A DNA stretch of 63,785 nt, counting the filler, from Reticulomyxa filosa (taxonomy: Eukaryota > Protista > Foraminifera): assembly GCA_000512085.1 (NCBI GenBank). It is 27 parts of 27 records of this genome, joined end to end, with 100 filler letters (N's around TTAATTAATTAA, not from the genome) between each part and the next. Parts side by side here need not be neighbours in the genome. Positions count along the whole stretch, not along the records: positions 38,186 to 40,013 come from ASPP01005747.1; positions 40,114 to 42,660 come from ASPP01028554.1; positions 42,761 to 44,008 come from ASPP01026636.1; positions 44,109 to 45,124 come from ASPP01025699.1; positions 45,225 to 47,733 come from ASPP01025530.1; positions 47,834 to 48,883 come from ASPP01036703.1; positions 48,984 to 50,383 come from ASPP01009049.1; positions 50,484 to 53,523 come from ASPP01003117.1; 19 more parts are not named here. One strand, 5' to 3'. Positions within the stretch are counted from its first letter, which is position 1, and each line of letters begins with the position of its first letter. Below, in pieces: positions 39,100-50,576 of the stretch. Both the position numbers and the translations under genes were made by a program. The notes under the pieces were generated by a model. That model ran no database searches, had not been told where the DNA came from, and was given only the letters and a program-made list of their open reading frames with translations.

Positions 39100-39471
39100 C
39101 GGAACTTTCACATAAAAAATGTTTTTAATTTGTATTTCTTGTTTTTATTTTTAACTTGCACTTTAGACTCGACAACACAAAAAGAATCCGCAATAAAATT
39201 ACCCCTTAGCTCATCATAATAATACGTGAAAACTTTTTGGTCCATTTTGCATTTGTGGAAGTAAAAAAACGAGAAAAGTAAAAGAAATTTCAGTAAAAAG
39301 ACAAAAAATAAGAATGACAAAATTTAGAAAGAAAAAAACAAATTAAACATCCATGAAAATAGGAAACGCGCAAACACACACTACAGTAGTTGCAATTTCA
39401 AATAAACAAGCAACTTTCAACACCACGACAAATGCGATGCTAATTTTTATGCCTTCCTTTTATTTTTTCAA

Positions 39472-39989
39472 TTAAAGGAAGTAATCAGGAACTCGCTTTT
39501 GCGACGTGTTGTCAACGCCACGACGTGGGGCGGGATCAAATTGTAGGCTATTTATTGGCAATCAAACATTTGGACATTATTGCAAACAAAGAACCAAAAT
39601 TCAAAACAAAAGCGAAACAAAGTGTATTCCAAATGCTCATCCATTTCCATGATTGCAGCTTGGTTTCCACAGCGATAACAGTAATTAGGAGCGCTAAAGA
39701 TAGTCACCACATGTTTGTCGTGGGCCCAGTTGTATCCTTCCATGACTAACTGGTGGGCTCTGCTGATTAAGGTCAATCCATTCGTGTGGTTGAATTGCTC
39801 ACTTAAATCTTGTCCAAATGTGTAACCAGCGCCTCGAGGAGATATACCCCAGCCACATCGATCATCAGGGTCACTCCACAACAGATCACACATAGGGCCT
39901 TCATGCGGAACTTCCTGCACTCGGTCCAATGACATTATGTGTTCCAATGTGTCAATTTGCGGGCTTAATCCACCGTGCAAACAAAAGAT
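39472..39989 (-). CDS. PP2Ac: Ser/Thr protein phosphatase 2A catalytic subunit, last two exons
   Basis: [58 protein letters not shown]; spliced C-terminus [10 protein letters not shown]...VPDYFL*. Confidence 0.95.
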
Positions 39990-40113
39990 CTACACAAAAA
40001 TCAGTCCCCCCCCNNNNNNNNNNNNNNNNNNNNNNNNNNNNNNNNNNNNNNNNNNNNTTAATTAATTAANNNNNNNNNNNNNNNNNNNNNNNNNNNNNNN
40101 NNNNNNNNNNNNN

Positions 40114-40440
40114 TGACAATGGCTTATCAGTTGTGGAAAGCAAATCATGAATTTAAAAAAGATGAAAGATTTTGTTGGCTTGGAAAATTGTCAACAGAAC
40201 GTATATTCATGGTGCAGAAGCAAATATTCCAATTGCAGAACCAGATCAACATCCACATTTTAATAAACCACCAATGCAAATATCAAAACTACCACATCCC
40301 GTAAAGTCACCATTTGAGAAATGGTGTGAACCAACACAAGAAGAGATAGTGGCATCTTTGGATAACAACACAATTGTGATATTTGTAGATGGAAGTACCA
40401 AACCAGAACCTGGAATTGGGGGAGTTGGATTGAATGATAT
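40114..40440 (+). mobile_element. Non-LTR retrotransposon remnant including the start of an RNase H domain
   Basis: IVIFVDGSTKPEPGIGGVG matches the first RNase H motif. The ORF is truncated immediately after. Confidence 0.7.
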
Positions 40441-42378
40441 TACCATTTGGTAGATATAAAGTGATATGATTTGAATAACATTCTTTTGCACCAAATAATG
40501 AAGGAATTTTGGTTCTAATTAAATATAAAAGTATTGATTATTTCAAAGGCTTGAATAAAGGTGTTAAAAAATTCAAGGAATTATTTGAATTGTGATAAAT
40601 TTGTATGTTCTGGAGAATGAAAATAGATAACATTCAAAATTTTCTTCAAAGCTTAACTATATACAATATACACGAATATGATAATATCGATTGTCGTTAT
40701 TTGTGTGTATGTAAAAAGAATAAGAATATTAGTGATAATAATATATATATTGTGTACTATTGATGTATATATTCAAAATTCTATAATATTGAATCATTTA
40801 TATATGTACCTAAGATATTTATAATTGATATTTTTCAGCGTTCGAATTACCCACAATTAGTGGATTTATATTTCAATAACGTGGACAGCAGTACAAACAT
40901 ATTGATGCTAAATTTTTGACAGTTTGGTCAACTACAAAAGGAAGTGTAGTCGATCAGGTACTGTTGAGTAAATGTATTAAAAATATCTCAATGAAAAAAT
41001 ATATGATATATCCTTTGAAAATTCACTAACATAAAAATAGTCAATATTGTTAAATATGAATTTTTGACTTAGAAAAAAAGAGTATCAATAATTTCAACAA
41101 CACATATACAGAAAAGTAGTCCATGTTTCGATTAGACTCATCACTTTGGATACGTTATAAAAAAGGTAAAAAGTATATGAAAAAGAAATGAAAGAGTTGT
41201 AGGTACAATTGATAATTTATTGAGATTATGTTATCACTGACAAATTTAAACATAAATGTCCAGATTTGATTGAATATTGGAGTTGCAATGTGATGGATCG
41301 TTTGATGAATATGAAATCAATTTCATCAAATAAATGTAATAAAATGAATTTGGTTATTCATTTAAGTTTATGTTATTTTGGTGAGAGTGGATAATCGATG
41401 GATGAAAAACAGGCCATTGAATACACCTCATCCAAGGAATGAAAGTGATTTGATATAACCATATTTAGTTGCATATTTTCAATGGAATGGCTTACATATT
41501 GATTAAAATAAACAACGGTTAAAAAGATATATTAAAAATGCAACCAAATTGAGAGACAATGATCGCGAAGAAAGTATGACATATTTTATATTACAGTGAT
41601 AATAATAGATAATGTTTTCCTCATCGTAAGAGAAATTTGTTACATATTGGAAAGCATTGACAAAGTCATCCAATTCAAACAAATACAGAAAATTGTTATA
41701 TGTAAAGTTGATGTCGTTTTGTAATCAAGAATATAAGTATTCTTTTTTCCAATAAAAACCAATTACAACATAGCAATAACTGAAGAACAGAAATACTATA
41801 AAGATATAATGCGTGGAAGTATAAACAAAGTAAAAGGTGATAGTAAACCAATGCATTGAATGAACCATTACCACCACATATTCTCAGTCACTCCGAATTG
41901 ATGAACTTACTATCGAAACAATTAAATATCATTGAAACAAGCGCTTATTGCAAAAGCAAATATATACACCATTCAAATAGGAGCATTTTATCGTCGTGAT
42001 GCATCAACTGATCAAAACTATTTTCAATTGTATCTTAATTCAACAGAACGAGTCCATTTTTATCGACACTAATGTATTTCATTGTCAAATCATCCCTTCT
42101 TTGTTTGTTTAAACTTAAAGCATTTGAATTTAAATAACACGTCACAGTTATATGATTTTTATCTCAACAGATTGTTTAATACATTTTGTCATCAACTCGG
42201 TGATTAGAGTGTAAATGAAAATACTGACATTCTATCAAAAAATATTATTATCTTCAATTGAAAGTTACTTTTAAATTGTAGTTACATCTTTGTCACTTTC
42301 ATTTTATTTTTTTATTAAAAAAAAAGACTGAAAAGCTCATATTCACTCAAAGTCAAATCAGTCAACAAAATATCTTCA

Positions 42379-42660
42379 CTATCCCCAAATACGAATCATA
42401 CCCATATTTGAACCGTAACACAAATTAATACCACAAATATCACCATTAACTTTTCTTTTCTTTTCATTCTTTTTTAATCGTAAAAACTTCAAACACATTA
42501 TTCCTCCATCTTTATAATCTCCTTTGATCATATACAATTCATTCTTATTTGACCGAATATCCCAAAAACAAATTGTATTATCCAATGATCCAGAACATAT
42601 CACATTCGAATTATCGATACTATTCTTTATCACAAATGGTGAATATTCAACAGACCATAC
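42379..42660 (-). CDS. WD40-repeat protein C-terminus (second subfamily)
   Basis: VICSGSLDNTICFWDIR...NLCYGSNMGMIRIWG*. Confidence 0.85.
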   Translation of the reverse strand, partial: VWSVEYSPFVIKNSIDNSNVICSGSLDNTICFWDIRSNKNELYMIKGDYKDGGIMCLKFLRLKKNEKKRKVNGDICGINLCYGSNMGMIRIWG

Positions 42661-42760
42661 NNNNNNNNNNNNNNNNNNNNNNNNNNNNNNNNNNNNNNNN
42701 NNNNTTAATTAATTAANNNNNNNNNNNNNNNNNNNNNNNNNNNNNNNNNNNNNNNNNNNN

Positions 42761-43900
42761 GTTGTTCGTGTTGTTCGCATTTGCGGCATTGTCAGCATCT
42801 GCACCAGATGAATCGCCAGTATTCGTATTAGTATTCGTATTAGTATTCGTATCAGTATTCGTATTTACGGTCTTGGTAATTGTTCGTTTTCTTTCGACCA
42901 AAATAACTACATCTTTTGGTACAGATACATAACTTAAGCTGTGTGCCAATTGGTCATCTGGAACTTCTACATATCGTTTTGGATCTTCTGCTTCTAAATC
43001 TTCCGATGTCACAATAATGCCTTTTTTATTATCGATAATGTATATTCGTTTGGCATGTTCAAATGGTAACCACAAATGTACTGATGGTATTTCGTTATCA
43101 GCATTTTCTGTTCCTTCTAATGCCTTTACCACATTTTCCCAAGTGTACTGTTCCGGATACGATTGTAATGTGGGATTGCTCAAATCGTACGTTCCGTCGG
43201 GTTTCACTTCGGCCATTCGCAAAAACTTTGGATACATATTGATGTACTTCTCACGACTCTGTTATATCGACATTATCAAACAATCCAACATTTTATTATT
43301 ATTATCAATTCTTGAGCTTGGGGCATAATAAAACAAACAAAAAAAAGAGGATGAAAGGTCACGATTTCTCGCTCTTTAATTTAAAGTTTTTTTTTTTTTT
43401 TAATGTTTTGATTTTTTAATACAACCAAAGAAAAAAAGTGGGGAAACGATATTTTTTTTTTTATGTAATTTTTGCTATAATGTGTTTTATTTGCACTTGC
43501 ATGTATTTGTGCAAAATTTTTTTTTTTTTTTCTTTCTATCTCCTTTTGTGGCTTTACCCTTTTTTCTTTTTCTGCTTCCCACACCCCTTCCACTTTCTCT
43601 TCTATTACAGATTAGACTGCTGTTTAGTTTTTATGTTCTCAAAATGGAAATTACAAAACGTAAGTACTCCCACGCTCGTATACTTTTCTTGGAAATGCTG
43701 GTCCACCTTTATACCATGATTCCAACATCTTCCATTGATCCTCGTGCAACCACTCATGCGTCAAGTGTTCATCCAACAGTTTCTTCAGTTGTGTTTGATC
43801 TTCTTCGTCCGCTAGCTCACTGTTGTCAATTGGACCTGGTTTTGGCACATCTCGCAAATGTAGATTTTCTAATCCTCCTTCGATGTCCTCGTCCTTATGT
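42761..43900 (-). CDS. DUSP-domain ubiquitin-specific protease (USP4/11/15-like) N-terminal fragment
   Basis: PGPIDNSEL...W..LESWYKGGP.FPR.V is the DUSP signature. Next exon is ORF 42713-43237. Confidence 0.8.
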
Positions 43901-44649
43901 ATTTATAATGTAGTAACTTGTTTAGAGTTTTTTTTTTTTTTTTTTTTTAAATTCTCCTTACAACCACTCCGTTTGTGCATCTTATAATTTGCTTGATTAT
44001 TTATCAGTNNNNNNNNNNNNNNNNNNNNNNNNNNNNNNNNNNNNNNNNNNNNTTAATTAATTAANNNNNNNNNNNNNNNNNNNNNNNNNNNNNNNNNNNN
44101 NNNNNNNNTATATTGAAATAACCAAATACGTATTGGTGGTACATTACAAACTAATAAACATACGTATAAAAAAACTGAACAATTTTGATATACGGATTAA
44201 TTAAGTTCCCGCGGCTTCGCAACACATATGTACATATTGAAACAATTTTGAGGAATTTTGAGCATCTACACAAAAAATACGAGTAATATCCTCACGAAAA
44301 CGTTTCATCAAAAATAATAATACTCAAAATGGATTCGAGAAATTGTAGAAACGCATACAAATCCGAAACCAAGCTTTTTTTTAAGCTATAAAAAATTCTT
44401 GCTAGTTTTTCCGATCTAAAAAAAAACTCTTTATATTCGCAACGTTTGTCAACGCTTTTTTTTTGCAATATTCATATGTCTTCCCATCCCAAACCGTGAG
44501 AAACAGTAGTGGCAAATAACAATCCCAAAATTATAACCTTTGATTGAGTGTTCTGTTTCCTGTGCAAAGGGGTTTGTTAATTGATATTTTTTGGAACTCA
44601 TGCGTATAATATTTGCTATTCGTGCGTTTCTGTATGAATCAATCATTGT

Positions 44650-45120
44650 CAAAATATTACCATTACTGCTGATAAAGACAGATTTAGTCAAAAGGAAACT
44701 GATGCTATGTTGAAACAAGCAAAACAGTTAGTCGGAGAAGATAAAAAATTAAGAGAGGCAGTCGATGCCAAAAATAAGTTGGAATCGACCTCATATAATT
44801 TAAAAAACGGATTGACCGATGAAAATAAACTTGCGGAGCGTGTTTCTGAAGTCAACAAGGAAACATTGACAAAGGTATCATTATTGTCAAACTTTTTTCC
44901 TATTTTACAATATTATTATCTAAATAAATGTGTTGCGGACACAACAGACTTGCAATGATGTTATTTCATTGACGGAAGAAAGCACTACTGCAGAACTTGA
45001 TGGTCACAAAGACCAGCAACCAACTTTTGATCCAATCGTTCGATCAGTGTTAAAAAATTTCTGTCATAAGCGCACACTGTTGAAGTGGCGCTGGTGACAT
45101 TGATTACACTACGGATACTG
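44650..45120 (+). pseudogene. Hsp70 (BiP-like) C-terminal remnant
   Basis: ITADKDRFSQKETDAMLKQAKQLVGEDKKLREAVDAKNKLESTSYNLKN..TDENKL. No upstream ATPase domain is visible, and the downstream part is degenerate. Confidence 0.75.
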
Positions 45121-45329
45121 ACAGNNNNNNNNNNNNNNNNNNNNNNNNNNNNNNNNNNNNNNNNNNNNTTAATTAATTAANNNNNNNNNNNNNNNNNNNN
45201 NNNNNNNNNNNNNNNNNNNNNNNNCTCAATTCTTTTTCTGCATTGAGCTATTGTAATGTCATAGAGCAAACTGCATTTCACAACAAATTAGGCATTTCTA
45301 TAAATAATTTGAGATCCATTTAAAATTTT

Positions 45330-47640
45330 ATAAATATATTCGTTGCCACAAACTTTATTTGTTTTCTATCTTAAAGTGGTCCTATACCGATTTGATGTCC
45401 TTCAGTTCCAATATACACGATAAGAGAGGGGACAAACGGACAAGAAAAGATTGAGTGGCAAACTCTTGGACTCCAACAGCAACGTTAACTCATCGTTGGT
45501 GTATGTAGTTGTATTGATGGTACTGCATGCATTAAATGCGATCGCTGTGGTGTCAAACGTGAATAAAGGCAATTTAAGCGTAAACGAAACAAACGGACAA
45601 ATATATTTGAACAACCACAATATGGTTATATTAATGATATCATGGGACAAATTAATCAATCAATATTTCAACAACGTGTGGAAGCCGAAAAATTGTAAAT
45701 GCTTGCAATGTGTAAAGTTCTGCAACAACATAACAGCTATATCGGTAGTGCAAATTTCAAATAAGGAATCGATGCACATAGAAAGCGAAAGTATACATCT
45801 TCTCCAAAACACTTCTATCATTAACACAATGCAATCCAAGAAGAATTTATACCAAAACGCCAGCTACAAGTGTATTCCCATCAACTTCGACACCTTATGT
45901 ATCGACATTCAAAGCATTGATTTACAGGTATATAACAGCTACAGAAAGGTTTAATGAAAAAATGGGGAGTTTACGTATATCAAGAGATAGTAAGGGTAAG
46001 TGGGGAGTGATTATATATAGATAGATTTTATTAAAAATAAATTTTCCTTACAAAAAACGAAAACAGCAATAGATTGGCAAATGGGTGAAGTAGAAGTGGC
46101 GCTTTGGAACGTTCGTATGAACATAAAAACCAGCCACAAACGCGATATATCGTCGCAACAAGTGTGCCATTATGCAAGCTCGCGCGCGAAGTCCAACATC
46201 AGTCATAAACGCGTCGACATGGCAACACTTCACCAACAATCTTGCAAGCGTTGTCCGAGATTGCAATGTTATATTCTTTCTTACGTCTTTTTTTTTTTAT
46301 AAAAAAAAAAGGACAAATAAAAAAATTTGGATAGATCACAAGAGTTGTGCGGATATGTGGTGGCGTTGAGGCCAAGACGATGGAAACTTTCAAATTTCAG
46401 TCCAGCTGCTATTGCTGCTAGAAATTGTGACGTACATTACGTCGTCATGGCCAAATGGCTCAGTACATGCCTTTAAGGAGACAGAAGCGCTGTTGGCGCA
46501 TACGAAGATTTGAGCAATAACGTATACGACTAGCAATTGAATTGCAAGTCAATCGTGATTGTCAGTTTCTTTTATCAAAGCAGGCTACTTTTTCTTGGGC
46601 ATGATACTAAATGGCACTTATGCCGCAAACACAATTATCAAGCACTATCTCAAATCCACAAAACTCCTTCTCATATCCAAAATTTATATATACGTCGCGC
46701 AAACTATTTGTGACAATATCAATGACTTGGATCTCCACTACAAATGTGCAAAGTGACTATCCAAATGCAAACGTTGGTTATCTATTGAGATGCCGCCAAG
46801 TTATTTTCATTTTATTTTATTTCTATTCTTGTTGCAATAATGGACATTGTTTTTGTTGTTGTTGATTGCATATAGTACATGTATGAAGATCAGTGATTAA
46901 AGCGACGCAAATGTGGAGGAGATGAATAGCAATAAATAAAAATTTGTGGTTGTGATGCATAATGCGAGCAGTCATTGCAAAGAGAAGGTAAAACCTAATT
47001 TTTATTTTGTTTAATTTATGACTATAGATTTGTGTTGTTTATAACATAGTTCCCCACTGCTGTGCAAAGAAAAGAAGAACACGGGGTAGAAACCACCCCG
47101 CCTCCGAAAGGAGAATCAAAGGTTTCTTTTATTAATTTTTTTATTAACATGTTAAAGCGCTGTGTATTGTATGTTGTAAAATAGGTTCCCCTGTCCGCCA
47201 ATATCATAGTATTTTTATGTCCCCCCATCACTTCACACAAAAAAAAAAAGAAAAATTGGGGTTGAAATTCACCCCGCCTCCGCGATGATAAAGAACAGTT
47301 TGTGATATGTTTATTTATATATATATTCTTTTGTTATATAATGTTGTTATGTTTGTGAAGCAATAGAAATTCCCCCACTAAAGAAAAAACATATATATAT
47401 CTTTCTATTTTTTTGTCTCCATCATCATCACTCAAAAAAAAAATTTTGAAATACTTTCTCACAGAAAAAAAAGAAATAAATGCATACTTTGTTTTTTTAT
47501 TACAGGTAATTATATTTTTTGTTTCAAAAATTACAAATATAACTTTGTTTATTTGTTTGCATAGATGTCAGTCGTCAAGAAACGTGCCGGGTGGTATGTA
47601 TCTTTCAAAAGGAGCGTTTGGGGGAAAGTATTAAGGGTGA
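45330..47640 (+). pseudogene. Copy 2 of the unnamed multi-copy family
   Basis: See 16100-17871; same exon order and hairpin motifs. Confidence 0.75.
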
Positions 47641-48553
47641 TATAAAAAAAAATGGAATAATAAAAAAGAAAAAAAAGGGTGGAAGAAAAAAAAAGAGACA
47701 AATAAAAAAAAAATGGCACAATACATAAAAAAANNNNNNNNNNNNNNNNNNNNNNNNNNNNNNNNNNNNNNNNNNNNTTAATTAATTAANNNNNNNNNNN
47801 NNNNNNNNNNNNNNNNNNNNNNNNNNNNNNNNNACTTATTTATGTATTTCATTGTTAATTTGATTTTTTTTTAACAAATCAAATTTAATTTGTTCAAGTC
47901 ATTTTTTTTAAAATTCTTTCACACCAAATATAATTTCAGATGTCTGCAACATTTACTTCAAACAAATTTTTTTCTTTATCTCAAGTAATTGCATCGATCT
48001 CATGTTTAGTAATGATACAATTTTTATTCTCAGATAATTTTGAAAAAAACAAAATCCATTATTTTAATTTTGTTTACCGATTTTTTTGAGAGTACAGAAT
48101 CGAGAGTAGTTGCTACTTTATTTTCTTAGCCTCGACAAATCAGTGAAAACAAACGGGGTCATTTTCCGAATCAAAATTTTATTCTGCTTTATCTTCAAAT
48201 CTATATAGACATGCGTTTATCGATGATACGTATTCTCACCCAAAGAAAAAAAATAAAATTATTACTTTGTCACGTGCACAAAGATATCAGATAAACTGTA
48301 TTTTTTCTCTCGTTGGAGGAAAACAAAAGATAAGACACATTCGATAAACCTTGACGGTGCAAAAAAAAAAAAAAAAATCCTTTCTCTTGGTCGTGGTAAA
48401 CATGGGTGAGATGTTTCATTTTCCGTTGTGGCAGCATTTGCTTCTTGTCCATTGTTGCTTTCATTAGAATATACATTCATTCCTTCTTTTTTATTTTACT
48501 CTTTATTTCCATTTTGTTTTTCTTTATTTTCACATAAATATTGCCATATTAGC

Positions 48554-48883
48554 TCAGCTCGTCCCATTCTTTTGGTGTTGGTGTTGGTCTTGGTTTCGTG
48601 TTTTTTCCAATTGTTGTTGTACATATCTAATTCTTTGTTTGTCGCTATCATATTCGTCGATGAAATTTTTCCAACCAATTTTGTATGGTGCCTTTTTTTT
48701 TTTTGTCCCTATTTTTTTTTTTTTTTGAGCGGAAAGATGCAATATTGAATTGTGAATGTATATATGTAGATACCAACAAAAAAAAAAGAACTTTACGATT
48801 CTTTGGCCAATCAATGGGGCCACCATGCATTCGATGCTTTTCTTTTGGCTCAAAAAGACACAACCCTTTTGATTGAATACTGG
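48554..48883 (-). CDS. Hypothetical protein, probable last two exons
   Basis: PVFNQKGLCLFEPKEKHRMHGGPIDWPKNRK, then a GT..AAAAAG intron, then APYKIGWKNFIDEYD...*. Confidence 0.4.
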   Translation of the reverse strand, partial: PVFNQKGCVFLSQKKSIECMVAPLIGQRIVKFFFFCWYLHIYIHNSILHLSAQKKKKIGTKKKKAPYKIGWKNFIDEYDSDKQRIRYVQQQLEKTRNQDQHQHQKNGTS

Positions 48884-48983
48884 NNNNNNNNNNNNNNNNN
48901 NNNNNNNNNNNNNNNNNNNNNNNNNNNTTAATTAATTAANNNNNNNNNNNNNNNNNNNNNNNNNNNNNNNNNNNNNNNNNNNN

Positions 48984-49085
48984 GACGTGCAGGTCATCAG
49001 CGATCACCAGCCGCCCAAGCGCTGGCCCAGCGGTGAGCCGCTGGTGGTGGCGGGCGTCGAGTTCGAGCGCGAGCTGTTCGAGTAG
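48984..49085 (+). CDS. C-terminal 33 aa of an unknown bacterial protein
   Basis: DVQVISDHQPPKRWPSGEPLVVAGVEFERELFE*, with GC-rich third positions. Confidence 0.6.
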   Translation, partial: DVQVISDHQPPKRWPSGEPLVVAGVEFERELFE

Positions 49086-49120
49086 GTATGTAGGTATATA
49101 GGTAGGTATATATATACATG
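49082..49120. repeat. Left period-4 (NTAN)n array
   Basis: gtag gtat gtag gtat atag gtag gtat atat atac ATG; fills the entire intergenic space. Confidence 0.9.
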
Positions 49121-49688
49121 CAGACCACGAAAGCCATTGTCTTTGACGCCTTCGGGACGCTGATCCGCTACACCACGCGCCCGGCACCCTATGGGAGTCT
49201 GGTGGACGCGAACGGGCGACCGATGGATCGGCTCGCCTGCCTGACCCGCAACGTGCCACTGGCGACCCTCGCCAGCGAGATCGGCGTGGGGGACAAGCTC
49301 GACGTGATCCTGCCCGACTTGGCCGAAGAGCTGTCCGGCCTGCGCCTGTTCCCCGAGGTGGCCGACGTGCTCGCCAAGGCACGGGCAGGTAGGGCTGCGT
49401 TTGGCGGTGTGCTCGAACCTCGCCTATGAGTACGGCGCGGCCGTGCGCGACCTCGTGCCCGAGCTGGACGCCTACGTCCTGTCCTACGAGGTGGGCGTGG
49501 CCAAGCCACACCCGACGATGTACCGGCTCGCGTGCGCCGAGCTGGGCTGCGCACCGGCTGAGGCGGTTTTCGTGGGCGACAGCAAGCGCTGCGACTTCGA
49601 CGGGCCGCAGGCCTTCGGGATGCAGGCGCGCTGGCTGGATCGCAGGGGAGGGCAGTCGCTAGTCGATGCCCTCGCGGGGATTCTGTGA
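49118..49688 (+). CDS. HAD-superfamily hydrolase (subfamily IA-like); single +1 frameshift at 49388-49389
   Basis: Motif I VFDAFGTL, motif II CSN, motif III KP, motif IV GDSKRCD. Removing one G joins ORFs 49118-49429 and 49401-49688 as ARAVGLRLAVCSN. Confidence 0.9.
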
Positions 49689-50224
49689 CCCCGGTGGTGC
49701 TCGTCATCGACCTTGAGGCCACCTGCGACGATGCCGATGGCCTCTCGGTGAGCGATATGGAGGTCATCGAAATTGGCGCGGTGTGGGCCACGGCTGAGGG
49801 CACCGTGCTCGACACGTTTCAGGCGCTGGTGCGCCCCGTGGTACGCCCTCAGCTCACGCCGTTTTGTCGGCAGCTCACCAACATCCAGCAAGCCGACGTG
49901 GACGGTGCCGAGTTGTTCCCAGTGGTCGCGGCACGGCTGGCCAGTTTCGCCCAACGGCATCAGGCACCGGGCGCAACGTGGGGAAGCTGGGGCCAGTTCG
50001 ACGCCAAGCAGCTTGCCCGCGATTGCGAGCGGCATGGCATCCAGAACCCGCTCGCAGCCTTCGAGCATGTCAACCTCAAGCGCCGGTTCGCCAAGTCCCG
50101 CAAGATCAAGGAGGTGGGGATGGCCCGCGCGTTGCAGATGGTGGGCCTGCCGCTCGATGGCTCGCACCATCGCGGCCTCGACGATGCCCGCAACATCGCC
50201 AAGCTCCTGCCGTGGTCGCTATAG
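49685..50224 (+). CDS. DEDDh 3'-5' exonuclease (ERI-1/KapD-like)
   Basis: VIDLEATC, EVIEIGAV, LTPFC..LTNI.Q, SWGQFD, HRGLDDA. The GTG start overlaps the HAD TGA. Confidence 0.93.
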   Translation: MTPVVLVIDLEATCDDADGLSVSDMEVIEIGAVWATAEGTVLDTFQALVRPVVRPQLTPFCRQLTNIQQADVDGAELFPVVAARLASFAQRHQAPGATWGSWGQFDAKQLARDCERHGIQNPLAAFEHVNLKRRFAKSRKIKEVGMARALQMVGLPLDGSHHRGLDDARNIAKLLPWSL

Positions 50225-50256
50225 GTATGTATATACCTACCTATATACATACCTAC
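50221..50256. repeat. Right period-4 (NTAN)n array, inverted relative to the left array and internally palindromic
   Basis: atag gtat gtat atac ctac ctat atac atac ctac; 50221-50244 is a 24-bp palindrome with one mismatched pair. Confidence 0.9.
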
Positions 50257-50285
50257 AAACAAGGAAGCCGGGGGGAGGTGTCGCC

Positions 50286-50340
50286 TTGCGATTGCCGATG
50301 ATGTGCGATACAATGTATCTCAATCAGTCGCAATAGGAGG
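50286..50340 (+). promoter_or_regulatory. Sigma70 promoter with overlapping palindromic operator and RBS
   Basis: TTGCGA (50286-91), 17-bp spacer, TACAAT (50309-14); palindrome TGcGATAC-aat-GTATCtCA (50304-22); AGGAGG (50335-40). Confidence 0.8.
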
Positions 50341-50345
50341 CCGTC

Positions 50346-50383
50346 ATGGCTGCTACCACCACTATGGTTCACGTTCGCGTGGA
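50346..50383 (+). CDS. dinJ: RelB/DinJ-family antitoxin N-terminus (truncated by contig end)
   Basis: MAATTTMVHVRV resembles the RHH beta-strand of DinJ/RelB, with an autoregulatory-type operator upstream. Only 12 codons are visible. Confidence 0.65.
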
Positions 50384-50576
50384 NNNNNNNNNNNNNNNNN
50401 NNNNNNNNNNNNNNNNNNNNNNNNNNNTTAATTAATTAANNNNNNNNNNNNNNNNNNNNNNNNNNNNNNNNNNNNNNNNNNNNTTTTTCTGCTTGACTAC
50501 TAGCTACATCATTTTTTGCAATGGAAAATTCGATTTCACGTGAACATTTATCAGCTTGTTTTTTGCCAACCGTTTC

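Larger units (their letters stand above)
48984..50383. other. GC-rich bacterial contig (contaminant, food or associated bacterium; plasmid/MGE-like content)
   Basis: GC-rich codons, no introns, overlapping GTGA start/stop, sigma70 promoter and AGGAGG RBS. No junction with eukaryotic DNA. Confidence 0.95.

Noticed and set aside
36735-40440. One LINE spanning the RT (36974-37830) and RNase H (40114-40440) fragments
   Set aside because: They lie on different contigs separated by linkers. The same family is possible but not demonstrable here.
49082-50256. Integron attC sites, dif sites or IS terminal repeats
   Set aside because: No RYYYAAC/GTTRRRY boxes, no XerC/D consensus, and no transposase or TSD visible.
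48936-50336. Additional overlapping ORFs in the GC-rich contig
   Set aside because: Expected shadow ORFs at high GC. Only the HAD and exonuclease frames carry motifs.
48984-50383. Horizontal transfer of bacterial genes into the protist genome
   Set aside because: The contig is bacterial end to end, with no eukaryotic junction, introns or amelioration. Co-sequenced bacterial DNA is the simpler explanation.
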